Positions 27,063-40,639 of a stretch of 64,000 nt of DNA are shown in pieces (the first letter of the stretch is position 1; each line of letters opens with the position of its first letter). Where the stretch lies: positions 38,998,001 through 39,062,000 of the forward strand of contig OZ024743.1 of the NCBI GenBank assembly GCA_964016885.1. Direction: 5' to 3'. The position numbers and the translations under genes were made by a program. The DNA is from Eledone cirrhosa (Eukaryota). The notes below the pieces were generated by a model. It saw only the letters and a program-made list of their open reading frames with translations. It was not told the DNA's origin and did not search any database.

Positions 27063-27891
27063 TATATATATATACATATATATAAACACTTAAGTCAAAA
27101 TCTCTTGGTGTGGTGAGTGTTGAGGAGGCGTATAAGCTAGATCGCTAATATAAGTCAATTCTCCTATAGGTTCCCCAGCCATGGTTGTTGGTATTTATTC
27201 ACGATTCACAAGCAGCCTCACGATTCTAAGATATCGGAATAGCCACTATTGTAAGAATTGCATTCCTTCATCGAGGAAATAATTTTTTGGAATACGAAGT
27301 GAATGTATTTCATACATAGTGTAACGTTGCCGACCGCGTGGTTATATGCATATATCCCACTCAATTTAATTGTAGAACAAGATGTGTTATTAACGCTAGA
27401 AAGAGCAGTCCAAACCCGTATAAATCAGCTCGGAAATGATTGAGTATTTAATCAATTGATAACTACAATTGTCTGTAATACTAAGATATCTCAATGAATG
27501 CATAAGGTTCATTAATAAATAATCTACTGAGATATATTCATATAGTTATTAAATGATACACATCGTCTGACAGCATGAGGCCGGTAAGGGCATGTTATAT
27601 ATCATATATAATCACCGTCTCTTCTTTTTCCAAAGAATCTTTGCCCGACGAAGTAATTCTAATTCTTCCAATATCAATTATTCCAATGTCTTGGAATGAT
27701 TAATTTTGGATCTTGAAACGCAGAAAGCCTGGTTGGAGGACTCAATAAGTAGAAGCGACCTATCTTAGTCGATCTACCTTATATCCCCCCAAAAATAGAT
27801 TTGGGCTAAGTTTTAATATATTGTATTAATTCTCTGAGTAGATAATTTATTAATATATCTCATCCTTTCATATAAATCTCCATCTCTATTT

Positions 27892-27957
<66 letters not shown>

Positions 27958-28020
27958 GTAAATATATATATATATGTTTGAGGTGTATAGTTAGATGTAT
28001 GTGTATTCATGTATTAAAGT

Positions 28021-28133
<113 letters not shown>

Positions 28134-28677
28134 TAGACAGGAGTATGTATATATGTGTGTGCCTATACGTGTGTATATGAAGATAAGTTGAGTATGAAAA
28201 TGTATATACATGAATGCGTATGTATGTACATATATATATGTATATATATGTATATATATATATATATATATGTGCAGGTATATATGTATGTAAGTATGAG
28301 CATGTAAGTATGTGTATGTGAGTGTATGTATTTTGTAGAGGTGTGCATATATGGTTGTGTGTGAATGTGTGGGCGAACGGATACGTACACTTGAAAGAAA
28401 AATTTAAGTCGGTATGTTAATTAAGTGCAAACACAAAACCAACCATGCATATCTTTACTATCTCTAATCCTTCTATAGATTTAGAAAAATAACCAACGCC
28501 AAATAATGTATTCTATAAAAATGTCAAAACAACAGATGGGAATCTAATTACTCACTGCTACCAAAAATTATCACTGCTATCAAAAAAATCTCTATCCACT
28601 CCCTTAACTATTCTTCTAACAACTTCACCCCTCCCTCTTAATATTCTCTATAAAAACCAAACAGGTTCTCAATAAAA

Positions 28678-28798
28678 TTATTCTGATGAAATGAAAGTTG
28701 ATAATAACATTGAAATATTGAGTGTCTGCATAATTAATACTTTGTAGATAGCAGCTGTTTTCAGGTTATGTAACTGTTATTGAAACACGTGTCAATAA
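28678..28798 (+). ncRNA. Type I hammerhead ribozyme motif with perfect core and ~90 nt stem II
   Basis: TTATT-CTGATGA-AATGAAAGTTG....TAACTGTTATT-GAAA-CACGTGTC-AATAA. Perfect stem I, palindromic ACACGTGT stem III, GUC site at 28793, AATAAA directly after, (TA)n ~35 bp downstream. Confidence 0.78.
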
Positions 28799-28833
28799 AT
28801 TCCTTTTAACTGAACTGTATCCATTTAAATCCT

Positions 28834-28889
<56 letters not shown>

Positions 28890-28890
28890 A

Positions 28891-28999
<109 letters not shown>

Positions 29000-29051
29000 T
29001 ATATATGTGTGTATATATATACATATATATATATATATACACATATATATT

Positions 29052-29101
<50 letters not shown>

Positions 29102-29240
29102 AATGAAACGCGTAGGTTACTTCCCTTGCTTTTATCGAGAATCCAATTGTAATACGTGACGTATTCTATTCTATAGCGATTAGGTCTTCAAAATGTTTAT
29201 TATAAACATACAGAATATTTTCGAATATTCTATGTCTATC

Positions 29241-29296
<56 letters not shown>

Positions 29297-30170
29297 TGTG
29301 TGTGCGTGTCTATGTGTGTGTGTGTGTGTGTGTTTTGTGAAGTGCCGTGACAAATACTTTATACAATTTATAAAAAAGATATATGCTTCTTTAACCTCAT
29401 TGTTTTGTATTAAGTATCTGCTGTTAAAATATTTAAGGATGTATATATATATATATACTTATACAGCACACTTAGTCTACTCCTGAAGTAGATGCGATAC
29501 GATCACAGCTTACAATGCTTACTGAGAATATATATATAAGTATATTATAAATAAATATGTCGTGTATTTGTTCTTATGGCCCTTTATATTTAGTTGCACT
29601 CTGAATATAATATAGTCGCTAGACACAAAGTGATGAAGCAGAGGGAAATTTGGGAACTGAAGACAAATAAATGTTCAAATAAGAATATATACGTCCATGA
29701 AAGTAGATCTATCTCTATGGAGATGTGTGTGTATTTGTGTTAGTGCATAAGTGTATATTGTGTATTGTGTATGTATGAATATGTGAATGCTTGGATACAT
29801 TTGTCGCTACAGGTAATTGCATATGCCATTAAACATATGGGTGGATAAAGTAATACATAGCTCTGGATATATTTTACAGTATACCCACTTTTACAGTATA
29901 CCCACTTTGTGACTATGAAGAAATCTGTATTCATGTGCATGGGAAGAAATCTATATTCCTGTGAAGATAATTTCTGAGAATGTTATATGCAACTTGAATA
30001 GAGAATATCTAATCTAATGAAACACCATATCTCCGCTGTATTGTGTTTCCAAGTAGTTTCTTTGTTGAAGATGTTATAGTGAGTGGTGTATTGTCGCAGA
30101 TCAGCTTTCTTTCAAATTAACGCGTTCCCATATTACGGCAATTGCATAACGATATGAGAATATTATTATT

Positions 30171-30278
30171 CCGCCGAGGTTAACTTTGCCTTTCATCCTT
30201 ACGGGGTCGATAAAATAAAGTACCAGTAATACACTGGGTATTGCTGGCCTCGTGCCAAAAGTAGAAACAATTATTATT
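30171..30278 (+). mobile_element. SINE family A, 5'-truncated
   Basis: Same body and tail as the other copies; ATTATTA flanks. Confidence 0.88.
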
Positions 30279-31782
30279 AAAATAATTATATATAAATACG
30301 GCTTCCTGGTGAATTATGAGCTGTCATATTCTATGGTAAAATAAATTGTATATTAATTTGCCACAATGATTGGAATCCAAATCATGTTATACATCTGCTA
30401 TAAAAATTGTATTTAACAATGGATTATATTATATGTATCAACAAAACTAATTCCACCATACTTCCATCTTCGACAACTCTCATTTATTGATAACAAGTTG
30501 TTTAAGGAATATATTTCCCAGTGTATTACTCAATAAATATATGTTAATGTTAGTGTCCAAAATACTTTGAAAGTGTAATATTGCAATAAAATATTGTTTG
30601 TATCTAGCCTCTGTCTACTTCCTCACATATAAACCATTATTTAGTGAACCACTTGCTTTGTGCTCGTATATATCGGCTCTAAAGATGAGGAATTATATTT
30701 AAATATTTACGTAATTGAAACGAAAGCCGCCTAATATGAGATAGAAACAAAAATGCTATATCTATTGGTCTTTTTAGGGTTGACGTAACAGCTTGTGGCA
30801 CATCAGTGTTGCAGGGGGCGTAGTTGAACGCAGAGCACACAGGGGCGTATGAGATGAGGCAACTTTAGCAATTTTCTTAGTCCATCTACCTGCACAGGTA
30901 GCTTATGTATCGCCCTCTAATGCATAAATCTACAGTTACTCTTGTGGGTATCTGGACGCAGTCTGCAATGCGCTTGAACGGTGTCACGAACCAATATATG
31001 ATCCTTTTTATTCGTTTAAACCATGAACTCGCTTCCATGTGATTTGCATTGGAAGGGGGATGACAGAATATGCAACATATCGGTAAATGGTCCCTGCTAC
31101 TTTCCTTCCGAAGACGTTTGAAATTCTCACCCTAGAAAATGCTACAACTGTACAGATTACGAGCAAAGTTGCTATATAATACCTCTGATAATATGCACCT
31201 GCATTCACCCACCATACACACAAACGCACAACCACGCACACACATATATATGAAACAATTGGGTAAAGTTCCATACAGAACAAAGCCTATCGTTAAAACC
31301 TGAAGGAGAAACTACACAGAAGTATATTTAAACATTATTTTTTCTTTAATGTGAGATAATGAATACCTATATAAGCGTTGCATTAAACATAATCGGTTTT
31401 GATTGTTATTACAACCGTATCAACTATTAGATATTTAGTAAATATTTTATCATGCATTGTGTTAGCAATTCGAATATATATGAGTTTTCTGGAAATTTAT
31501 TTTTCACATATATTTTCTTTAAGTAGGTGTTCTATTTGAATTTTCGCGATGTTGAGGGTGGGCATTCAACATGTCATGGGTCAATTCAATTCACTTGCTT
31601 AAAACTAGAAAACGTTCTTACCATTCATACTAATGTTCCAGATTGCATTTTTGATGTGTGTGTGTCTGTGTGTGTGTGTGTTTGTGTGTGTAAAGTAGGG
31701 GTTCAATATTTGGGGTTTGTGAGACTGAAAACTGTTAGGAGTGGATATAGAATGTATCAGTCTCGTGGTAAATAATGAGAAT

Positions 31783-31951
31783 AAATAATTGTTTCTACTT
31801 TTGGCACCAGGCCAGCAATTATCATCGACCCCGTAAGGATGAAAGGCAAAGTTAACGTTGGCGGGATTTGAACTCAGATCAAAAATGGAGGTAACTCTAT
31901 GCTTCAAAGCATGGCGCTCGACCCTCTACCGATACTGCCAATCCACCGCCC
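31783..31951 (-). mobile_element. SINE family A with an internal deletion
   Basis: Reverse-complement match including the head GGCGGTGGATTGGCAGTATCGGTAGAG; the TAAAGTACCAG segment is missing. Confidence 0.88.
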
Positions 31952-31954
31952 CTA

Positions 31955-34340
31955 TGAGAATAAATAATGAAAATAAATATTGAAAATAAAAATAAATATA
32001 AAAGGTCGGAGGTAGGGAAAAGTAAAATAGAGAAAGGAACGGAAAGAAAAGGAAAAATATTTAGTAGAGGTTTTCTTGGTGTCAATGTATTTAATATTAT
32101 CTTGTGAAATGGGTTTATGTTTCCAACTGTTTGCATACAAGTGTATACATTAGTTATCCCATCCATAGATCACATATTTAATTGTAATTTGTATTTGTTA
32201 TTGAATTGCTTTTCCTCATTTATTCTCTGTTGTTGAATCAAAGATTCTGAGCATTTGTAGATTGGTATAATTTTGAAGTTTATTATGTCTAATTCTTCAA
32301 ATGTTGCGATGAATTTGCTTAAGGGGATTTGTCTCATATTTTCATTGCAGAAATGTTGGTGGTATATGGTCTTTATTTTGCATAATGAAATTCCTCTCTG
32401 TCTTATATCTTTTTGTGTACATCCATAACGTGTAATCACATAGAATAGGCTTTACGTGATGCAGGTGAAATCTCCTTTTATTCTCAAGTTGTGTTCACTC
32501 ATAAAGTAGAATTTGGTCCTTCAACTTGTCATAAACATGTACAACAATTTGTTCTTCAACATTTTAAACAGGAAGATTGGTGATTTCTTTGTGATTTGTT
32601 ACCCCAATAAGGATATAATTTAGTGATCTGGATATCTTTTACTCTTGTTGATTCTTTTGTAATTCCAGAATGTTTGATTCTTTTAATCTTTATATAAATA
32701 GGAAGGTTATTGTGACAGTTTTGAATGATTTCGATATGTTGTGGGGTGAGAGTAGATACATATCGCAAAATATGTTCCACATTTTTTGTTTATTTTTGTT
32801 GTCTTTAGCTCTTGGATATCTAAAGGTTATCTCTGCAGTTGGTGATTACGCCACGTAGAAATACTCTTTAAGTGAGTATATGTTTGAGTTCATCCAGATG
32901 TTGCTCACATTTGATCCGTTACTATTGTGTAAATGCTAGTTTAACAGGCACATCAGATAGGTGTGTTTTTGGTTAACTGGCATGAAACGAAGGTACTTTT
33001 GTTGTCCGAGGATTATACAAATGCGTCTGTTTCTATTCCTCCTACTTTTTTTTGTTTTTCTTATATCTAAATAGGATGTTTCTAGTATTAAACTCACTTG
33101 TGTATTGGATGTTGCATGTAACATTATTAATCATATTTTTGAATGTGTGAGTGTGTCAAGCTTTTCTTGGCATAATATATAACAGTCATCCAGGTACCTC
33201 TTCGAGTTGTTTTTAGTTGTATGTGAAATGTAGAGATTTGCTGTACACTTTTGCTTCAAGGAATCCCATCACTAAATTGGCGTATGTAGGAGCTTCGTTC
33301 GTGATCATTCTGGTTCCTGATATTTGTAAGTAAGCACATTCATTGAACAAACAGTAACTGTTATGTAGTATGAATTTGAGTTCATAATGAGTGAAGTCGG
33401 TTTTTATGCGTATTGGTAATACGTATTGGTGTGTAATTAGGCGATATTTGATTCCAATTATCCCATAGTCATGATGTATGTTCGTTTTTAGGTTTACAAC
33501 GTAAAAGAAAAGAAAAGAAAAGTCGTGTACTCATTTACTATTTTTGGAAGTTCGTTTAGCATGTAGGTGTCATCTTGTTTGTAGCTCTGCACATGGTTTA
33601 GGTAGGGTTTTAAAAGGATGTCCAGAAATTTACTCAATATATGTTATTTACATGCTGAACCTACTATAATTGAGCTTTAAATCATTAGGAGGCGATATGG
33701 ATATTTGTTTTTCGAAATCTTACAAGCATCACTTATCTATTTGCATTTGTGCAGTTTCACTAGGCCGTAGAATATGCTAGCTTTGTATTTGGAGTGGCTT
33801 ATATAATCCATTTATTTAATGGTGAGGCTTTTGCGGTACTTATTTTGTAAAGTTAGATTTCTATTATTTTGTTTATTGTTTGGAATTTGTTGATATTTTA
33901 TAGTAACGTTGTATCCATTACCATTTTAGAAGCCAGATCATTATAGTAATATGTGCTCTGATAGTGTTATGCTTCTTTAATGGTGTTTAGATCTTCTTTC
34001 TTCTTTTTGTTAATCAATTAATTTCTTCCATTCATGTTTTGAGAAATTTGATTTAGTGTTTCTATTTCCGATTTTCCCAAGCGGGAAATTCATTTTGTAT
34101 TCGCAGTAGGGATGTAGTCCTTTATTCCTTCCCTTCTTTCGGCAGAAATCACTTTTATTTCTTTCCCGTGATTCGTTCTCATTGTCATTGTTATCGGAGG
34201 AAAATGTTTTTGCTTAGGCTTTCGACAGACTTCAGTGATGTCGTTTTACATTCGGTGAAATTAATCCACTTTGTAGAAGAGGATGAACTGGAAGTATAAT
34301 ATTCCCTTCAGATGAAACTCTTCTGGCATCCATCAGCATA
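31955..34340 (-). mobile_element. Heavily decayed Penelope-like element (Neptune-type)
   Basis: Remnants IIVGSAC..ILSKFLDILLKPYLNHV, QISGT..APTYANLVMGFLE and RYLDDCY (33185-33200); degenerate GIY-YIG YVITRYGCTQKDIRQRGISL; many stops. Confidence 0.72.
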
Positions 34341-34759
34341 AGAGACTGTAGCGACTAGCACCACCGTGCCCGGGGAAAAAATAATTGGAGTTACTTCCCT
34401 GTGGCCAGTATATAATGGAGTGTTCTGACGTCACACGACCTCTCTTACTCACTCACTCTCTTTTTGGCGGTACCTCTCAAACTGGTCACATCGAGCGCAA
34501 GCAAGCTAACCTTTTTCAACCATATCTTATAATTCAGGATTATACCTTGTCATGCTACGAGGCACATTTGTTTACTACGGATTACAATAAAGGCAAGTTA
34601 TTTTGATACTCGTTTTGAGAAATTTATTATGCTTCATTTATTATTTCAGATGTATTGAGAGCTACTTCTTACACGGCATGACATTGTATGAACATTCTCC
34701 TATCTCTTATTTCTATTAAATTTAGTATTTGGGTTCCGGAGGTACTTACTGGAGTAAGT

Positions 34760-35250
34760 AACCCTGAGACCAACTCACTAAACGACTTTGGAATAATTGT
34801 GGATAACAACATAAGCTAGACCACTCATATAAACATCAACGTTGTCATGGCACGCATAATGTGCTCGTAGCTTCTCAGAACATTCCCGTCAAGCGATATT
34901 CACAACATTACCATTCTCTTGCCTACATTTGTTCGGCTCAACCTTGAATACTGTTGGCCATTATGGTCTCCACACTCGAAACAAAGTATTCGGGAAATCA
35001 AAGCACCTCAAACGTCAACAAAAAAAAATGATAGAAGCATCAGAGTCCTTGATTACTGGGGTTGACTAGAAAAGGTCAAACTCAACACTCTGCAAAGCCA
35101 GCGTGAACGCAGCATTAACTGCATGATGTGAAAAATATCCCATCAGCATTGCACAAATGATGTTGTCATCATCTTTAAAGTACACCTATGCCTTATGCCC
35201 GGTGCTATCCACCCACAACAAAAATCGAACACGCATCTCATAACAACAGG
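34760..35250 (+). mobile_element. Decayed CR1-group LINE RT C-terminal fragment
   Basis: DFGIIVDNNIS*TTHI..LRTF..TFVRLNLEYCWPLWSPH..LDYW..LNTLQSQRER. Confidence 0.7.
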
Positions 35251-35513
35251 TGTTATTGCTATCACATTCAGAGGTGGTTTGTTGTAGCAATAACACCTTC
35301 ACTGTAGACCATCTCCGAATCAAATATTTTCTCTCCATATGACTTCTCTGTTTGTGTTTGACGTAACTAATTATACAATACGCACTCGGTGATATCGCCA
35401 GTTTTTGTGTAAACTGGCCATTGAAATATATATAGTGTTTTTGCAACAACAAACATTTAGGGGAAATTGACCAGTCCGCCCTCCTGTCATTTTAATCTCA
35501 CTAATATATATAT

Positions 35514-35591
<78 letters not shown>

Positions 35592-36306
35592 CGCCCAGCT
35601 ATGAGTATCGAAAGACTGACGACCAGCACCTCCTAGCGGATTCCAACAGAAGCAACAAGGGATAAACTATCTAATTTGAGTTACATGCTGTATTCAGGGC
35701 AGCGCTTCGCCTTCCTCTCAGCTGGAACTTGAAATAAGCTAAAGTACATAGTTCCTCCTTCTTCGACCACCGACAAAACTCGAAGCTGATTTTTTGCAAG
35801 TTGGGAAAGGTGACACTCTTCAATAGGTGTCCCATGTAACAGCTGGTGTTGTCCTGTCTATGCAGTGACAACGAATGCAACTGCTACCAACCATTATCAG
35901 ACGAGAAAAGGCTGTTTGCTGTATGGTGTATCGCTGCTAAAATGATTATCAATTACCCGGCCAGTCAAAAGGATCTCAATTGGCGTAATAATATTGCGAA
36001 GGAGGAAATAGAGAAATTGTGAGGAATTAGATTCCACACAAATACACACTCACTTACGCATACACACAAACGCAGACATGCACATACACACATACACACA
36101 CACACACACACATACACACACCTCCCCATACACACACTCACATATAAACACCAAAACGCTTTAAATGATAATGAATGAATTGTATATTGACATAGAAACT
36201 AATTTAATTGTTAATACGTTAGTGCACACTTTCGGCACAGCTTGTATATATATACACACACACACATTCATACACAAATATATATATATATATATATACA
36301 CACACA

Positions 36307-36359
<53 letters not shown>

Positions 36360-39300
36360 GTGTGTGAACGTGTATTTATCTACCATAGTGTGCTCCGCTC
36401 ATTAATAATCTCTAGTTAGTAGCGTTCGTGATTATTTGCTCTTTTCTCTATATATACATAACTATCAGATACTACTCATCTTATGTACCCTATGATGTTC
36501 AGTAATCAAGTAGAACGATGAGTAATGTTTGAAACAATCCTTCTATATTCCTAAATTTGTTTCTAATATCTCTATATATCACATGTCTAATGAACAAATT
36601 ATCACAGTAAGATATTTCCGAAAATTAGTAATTATCACAAGTAAATGTTTTGTTTGATGTATCATATTATATCTTTGCATATCCTATTAGATATAAACGA
36701 AATGCCACATAACTAGTTGAGGTTAATACTTTTTATATTCAAAAAGGATATGGAAGTAGTGTCATTTAGAATTCCTCACTTAGATGTTTACCTTCGATTA
36801 GAAATATTCAGCCATTCGGATATTTTTTGTACTCATGTAATTTCCAAGGCTCATGTGTAAGCGGTAATCATTGCAATATGAGTGGAAGCATATCCCTTCA
36901 CAGAAAATATAATGAAGTCATGACAAATCCGTTTTCACAATGCGTATAAATAAAAATCATTCAATGGTGAGGTACTAATATGACAGGCACATGAAGATGT
37001 TTAGTTTTGATTCCTGAATATATAATAATGGGCCTAGAGCCTTTTATTTATTATCTATTGACAATTTATCAACTCCCATTTACTTTCGCCCTAAGGCTGA
37101 GCACAGACAAAGTATAACGACAGTGTAACATGCTCATCCAAAACTGATATCATCACAGTTTAAATTACTGCTAACGAAAGTCAATATATGTTTAATATAA
37201 CTGAACCTGATATATATGGGTTCATATATGTCCTTATTCTAATCGTATGTTTAATATACGTAAGTAAATTTTATTCATAATTACAGAGAACATCTAATGA
37301 TTATTATGAATTATTTAACCAAATAATATTTATATATGTTGCGTTACATGTAAGAAAAAAAGGTGTGTTGTGAAGTTGCTGATTTTAATCTATTGACATG
37401 CAGGTTTAGGAAAATGTCTTCCCATAACATATAAAGATGCACAATAAACTGTGTGAAATTATAGAAGAAACAATATAACTAGTATGATATTTCCTTGCAA
37501 AATGGCAAGGTTAAATGATTAGAAGATTGTTTATGTTAGTTTATCCTCGGAAAATGAAATTTAATTCACAATTATTGGTGTCAAATTCAATAAATTTAGT
37601 GGTGCTACATAACGTATCATAATTATGTATTTATTTCAGTAGCTGCTTCTACATTACTATAAAAAAAAATCAAGAATGTAATATTAATTATATTGCACAA
37701 ACACTTGGTGATACCACTTTAAAATATTTAAGTAAATATTCGTAGATATTCAATAGAGAAATGACTCTGTCTAGTAGAATGAAATTGGGGCATATGTAGT
37801 AATGTTACGTGATTTATATCAGCCAAATTGTGTAGACATTCTCTATGTGATCTGCTACATGGAACAACCAAACCTCACTCAAAACAATAAAGAAAAACTG
37901 AAATATACATCCCATACTCTAGTGCTGTAGTACGTTCACAGCTGGAACGCTCCTGTTAATAGAATTACTAACTTAGACGTCACGTCGAATTGAATTCATG
38001 AGCTCATGGATATCCAATACTGATGTAAATCACTAGTTGATATTGAAACATACAGAAATGACGCTGTAGATGTTCTTGTTCTTGTTATTTAAAAAAGTGC
38101 TGTTAAAATTAAATTTTGGGGTCCAAACCACCTGGAACCGGTTTTTACTAAAGGCAATTTATCATGAAGGCTTTATGGTTAATTAAAATCAACCAATCCT
38201 TATTTTGTATAAACATCTCTGTTAAGCTGCGCACCATTAATCAGATAAAGTGAGTCAAATTCTTCCTATCTTTTCATTATTTACAAAATCTTGAGAATTT
38301 CTCTTTATGTCTTTTATTTGAATTCGCCTCAATTATATGACATTTGATTGCAAAACAAACAAAACAATTTCTGAAAGTAGATCTTCGCATTGCAGATAGT
38401 CAGATCAACGTTGATCGTGACGTCAGTCACTGGCGTTAACTTAAAGTAAATACAGCTAAATTTACTGCAATGAATTGATATATACATGATAATTCTTTTG
38501 TCGGAAAACAATGTAACAAGTATATCATTAATATGTTTTATTCTATCACTGAAAGGTGATTATATCATTTGCTGTTAGTAAAATGACCATCGAATCTCAG
38601 ATAGTGATAAAGAATGGCAGGAAATATATTTAGATAACCGCGTATAAATCATATCTATGATATTTATCTTTACAGTGAAAGATTCATATTTTATTCATAT
38701 GAATGAAACATCCTCATAAATAATGTTTATCCCTTATATAAGATTCCATGATTGTACATCTATAGTTGATAATAAACATGTTAATATTTGAGTAGGTCGG
38801 TTTAAACGTATATTTTATAGATATCAGTTTATGACAGTATGAATAGTATTACCTAATTATATAATATGAATCGGGTATTTTCTTCGGCAATGTATTTTTT
38901 CACATACAAAGCTTAATACATGCTGAAGGCTAAAAGGGAATGATAATCGATCTGATATTAAATCCTGCTCGTGTGGGGAAATTGAGTTCTTTACATATGA
39001 GCTTTAATAAGCGTTATTCAAACAGACTGCATTGCTCTGCTTTCAAGGAAACTCGCCTCTTTGTGTGAGAGAAGACAAATAGGTAGAAGCTGACGGAGGA
39101 CCAGTCCATTCGATATTGAAAACATATACACTGTACGTCGTCTACCGAGTATTTTCTTTTTGTGCTCTTGTTTACGCAGACTATTTAACGTTTGTTCTTA
39201 TTCAATTCAGAAGTTAAGGTGTTCTATGTCTTCGTTTTAACTAACTCATCCCTGCTGTCTATTGATATTTACTTGGCACTGCTTGATTTCTACATTTTCC

Positions 39301-39397
39301 ACACAAACACTCACACACGCGCGCACACACAAAGACACACCCGCACACATACAAACACACACGCATATATATATATATATATATATATGAACTTATC

Positions 39398-39441
<44 letters not shown>

Positions 39442-39597
39442 GTTATGCAAGAAATGCTTAGGATTATCCTGAATGCAGTAATGGTTAATTACTAAACTAG
39501 ATAGAGTTAACGTACGGTGAGTGATTACTCAACGAGTTATGGAAGAATAGTCGGAAAAATTCATTTTCTGATCCTTCTTTATTCCGGAGTGTAGATA

Positions 39598-40222
39598 AAG
39601 AATGAATAATAATACGTAGACATCATAAAAAGGTAATTTAATCCGAGTGCTTACAAATGTTTCAACAGTAGTTATACAGCCTAGTCAGGTTATGTGCAAT
39701 TGATAATTAATAATTATTTGATTGCAGAAACTCAATTTTCAAATGCTGCGACTACCATTTCCTTAGAGCAGAATGGTTAAAATGTAAATATCCTTGTATT
39801 TCTTAAAAGAAGTTATTGGAGAAGATAAAACCCCTACCACAACATTTTGATTAAGCTATCAGTATTCTTCAAACCACTCTCTCCCACTTCTCCAACCCCT
39901 ACATCTCCCTCTCTCTCTCTAGCTATCTATCTATCTCTCCCTCTCTCTCTTTCTCTATCATTCTCCCCTTCTTTCTCTCTTCCTTTCTACTCAATCTTCA
40001 CCAATAACTTCCTTTAAGAAATACAAGGGTATTTACATTTTAACCATTCTGCTCTGAGGAAATGGTAGTCGCAGCATTTGAAAATTGAGTTTTTGCAATC
40101 AAATGATTATTAATTATCAATTGCACATAGCATGACTAGGCTGTATAACTACTGTTGACATATTTGTAAGCACTTTCAATAAATTACCTTTTTATGATGT
40201 CTACCTATTATTATTCATTCTT
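39598..40222. repeat. Fold-back insert (arms ~230 bp) with an HHR-like motif in each arm
   Basis: 39598-39826 is the reverse complement of 39995-40222. CTGAGGA-AATG..CATTT-GAAA at 40054-40083; the left arm has CTAAGGA. Confidence 0.88.
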
Positions 40223-40639
40223 TATATATATATATGGGGGGGCGTAATGGTGAGTATATGTGTGTATGTGTAATTATCTGTATGTACGTGCGTGTTTGTA
40301 TGTGTGTGGGTGTGTGTGTGGGTGTATGTGTGAGGATGTGGGTGCGTTTCTTTATTTCTGGGTAAAATTATTCTCAATTGGTGTCGAACAGTTTTCTTTC
40401 TTCCAAGATATTTTGTCACTTTCCATATCAAAGTATTACGTTTCGTTTCAGCTCCTTTCTTTAAATTTTGTTTTTCTTTATCTGTTGTTTTGAGATTTTT
40501 AATTGTTGAGAAAAATTTCGTTTCTTTCCGAAAGATAATAATAATAATAATTATTATTATTATATTATTGTTAGTATTATTATTTATCTATTTAACACGA
40601 GCAAATATAACATTGCCTTAGACCGGCTATTTCAGGGAA

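Noticed and set aside
27218-27280. Minus-strand CTCGATGA-GGAAT...ATTCC-GATA
   Set aside because: Both core halves are altered and stems I and III are unconvincing; at most a relic.
29100-29545. GAAACGCGTA half-site at 29105 and a CTGAAG..GAGAA motif at ~29483
   Set aside because: Incomplete cores; cannot be called HHRs from this window alone.
36463-36535. Hairpin TCAGATACTACTCATC/GATGAGTAATGTTTGA followed by GAAAC
   Set aside because: No CTGAnGA core upstream; function unsupported.
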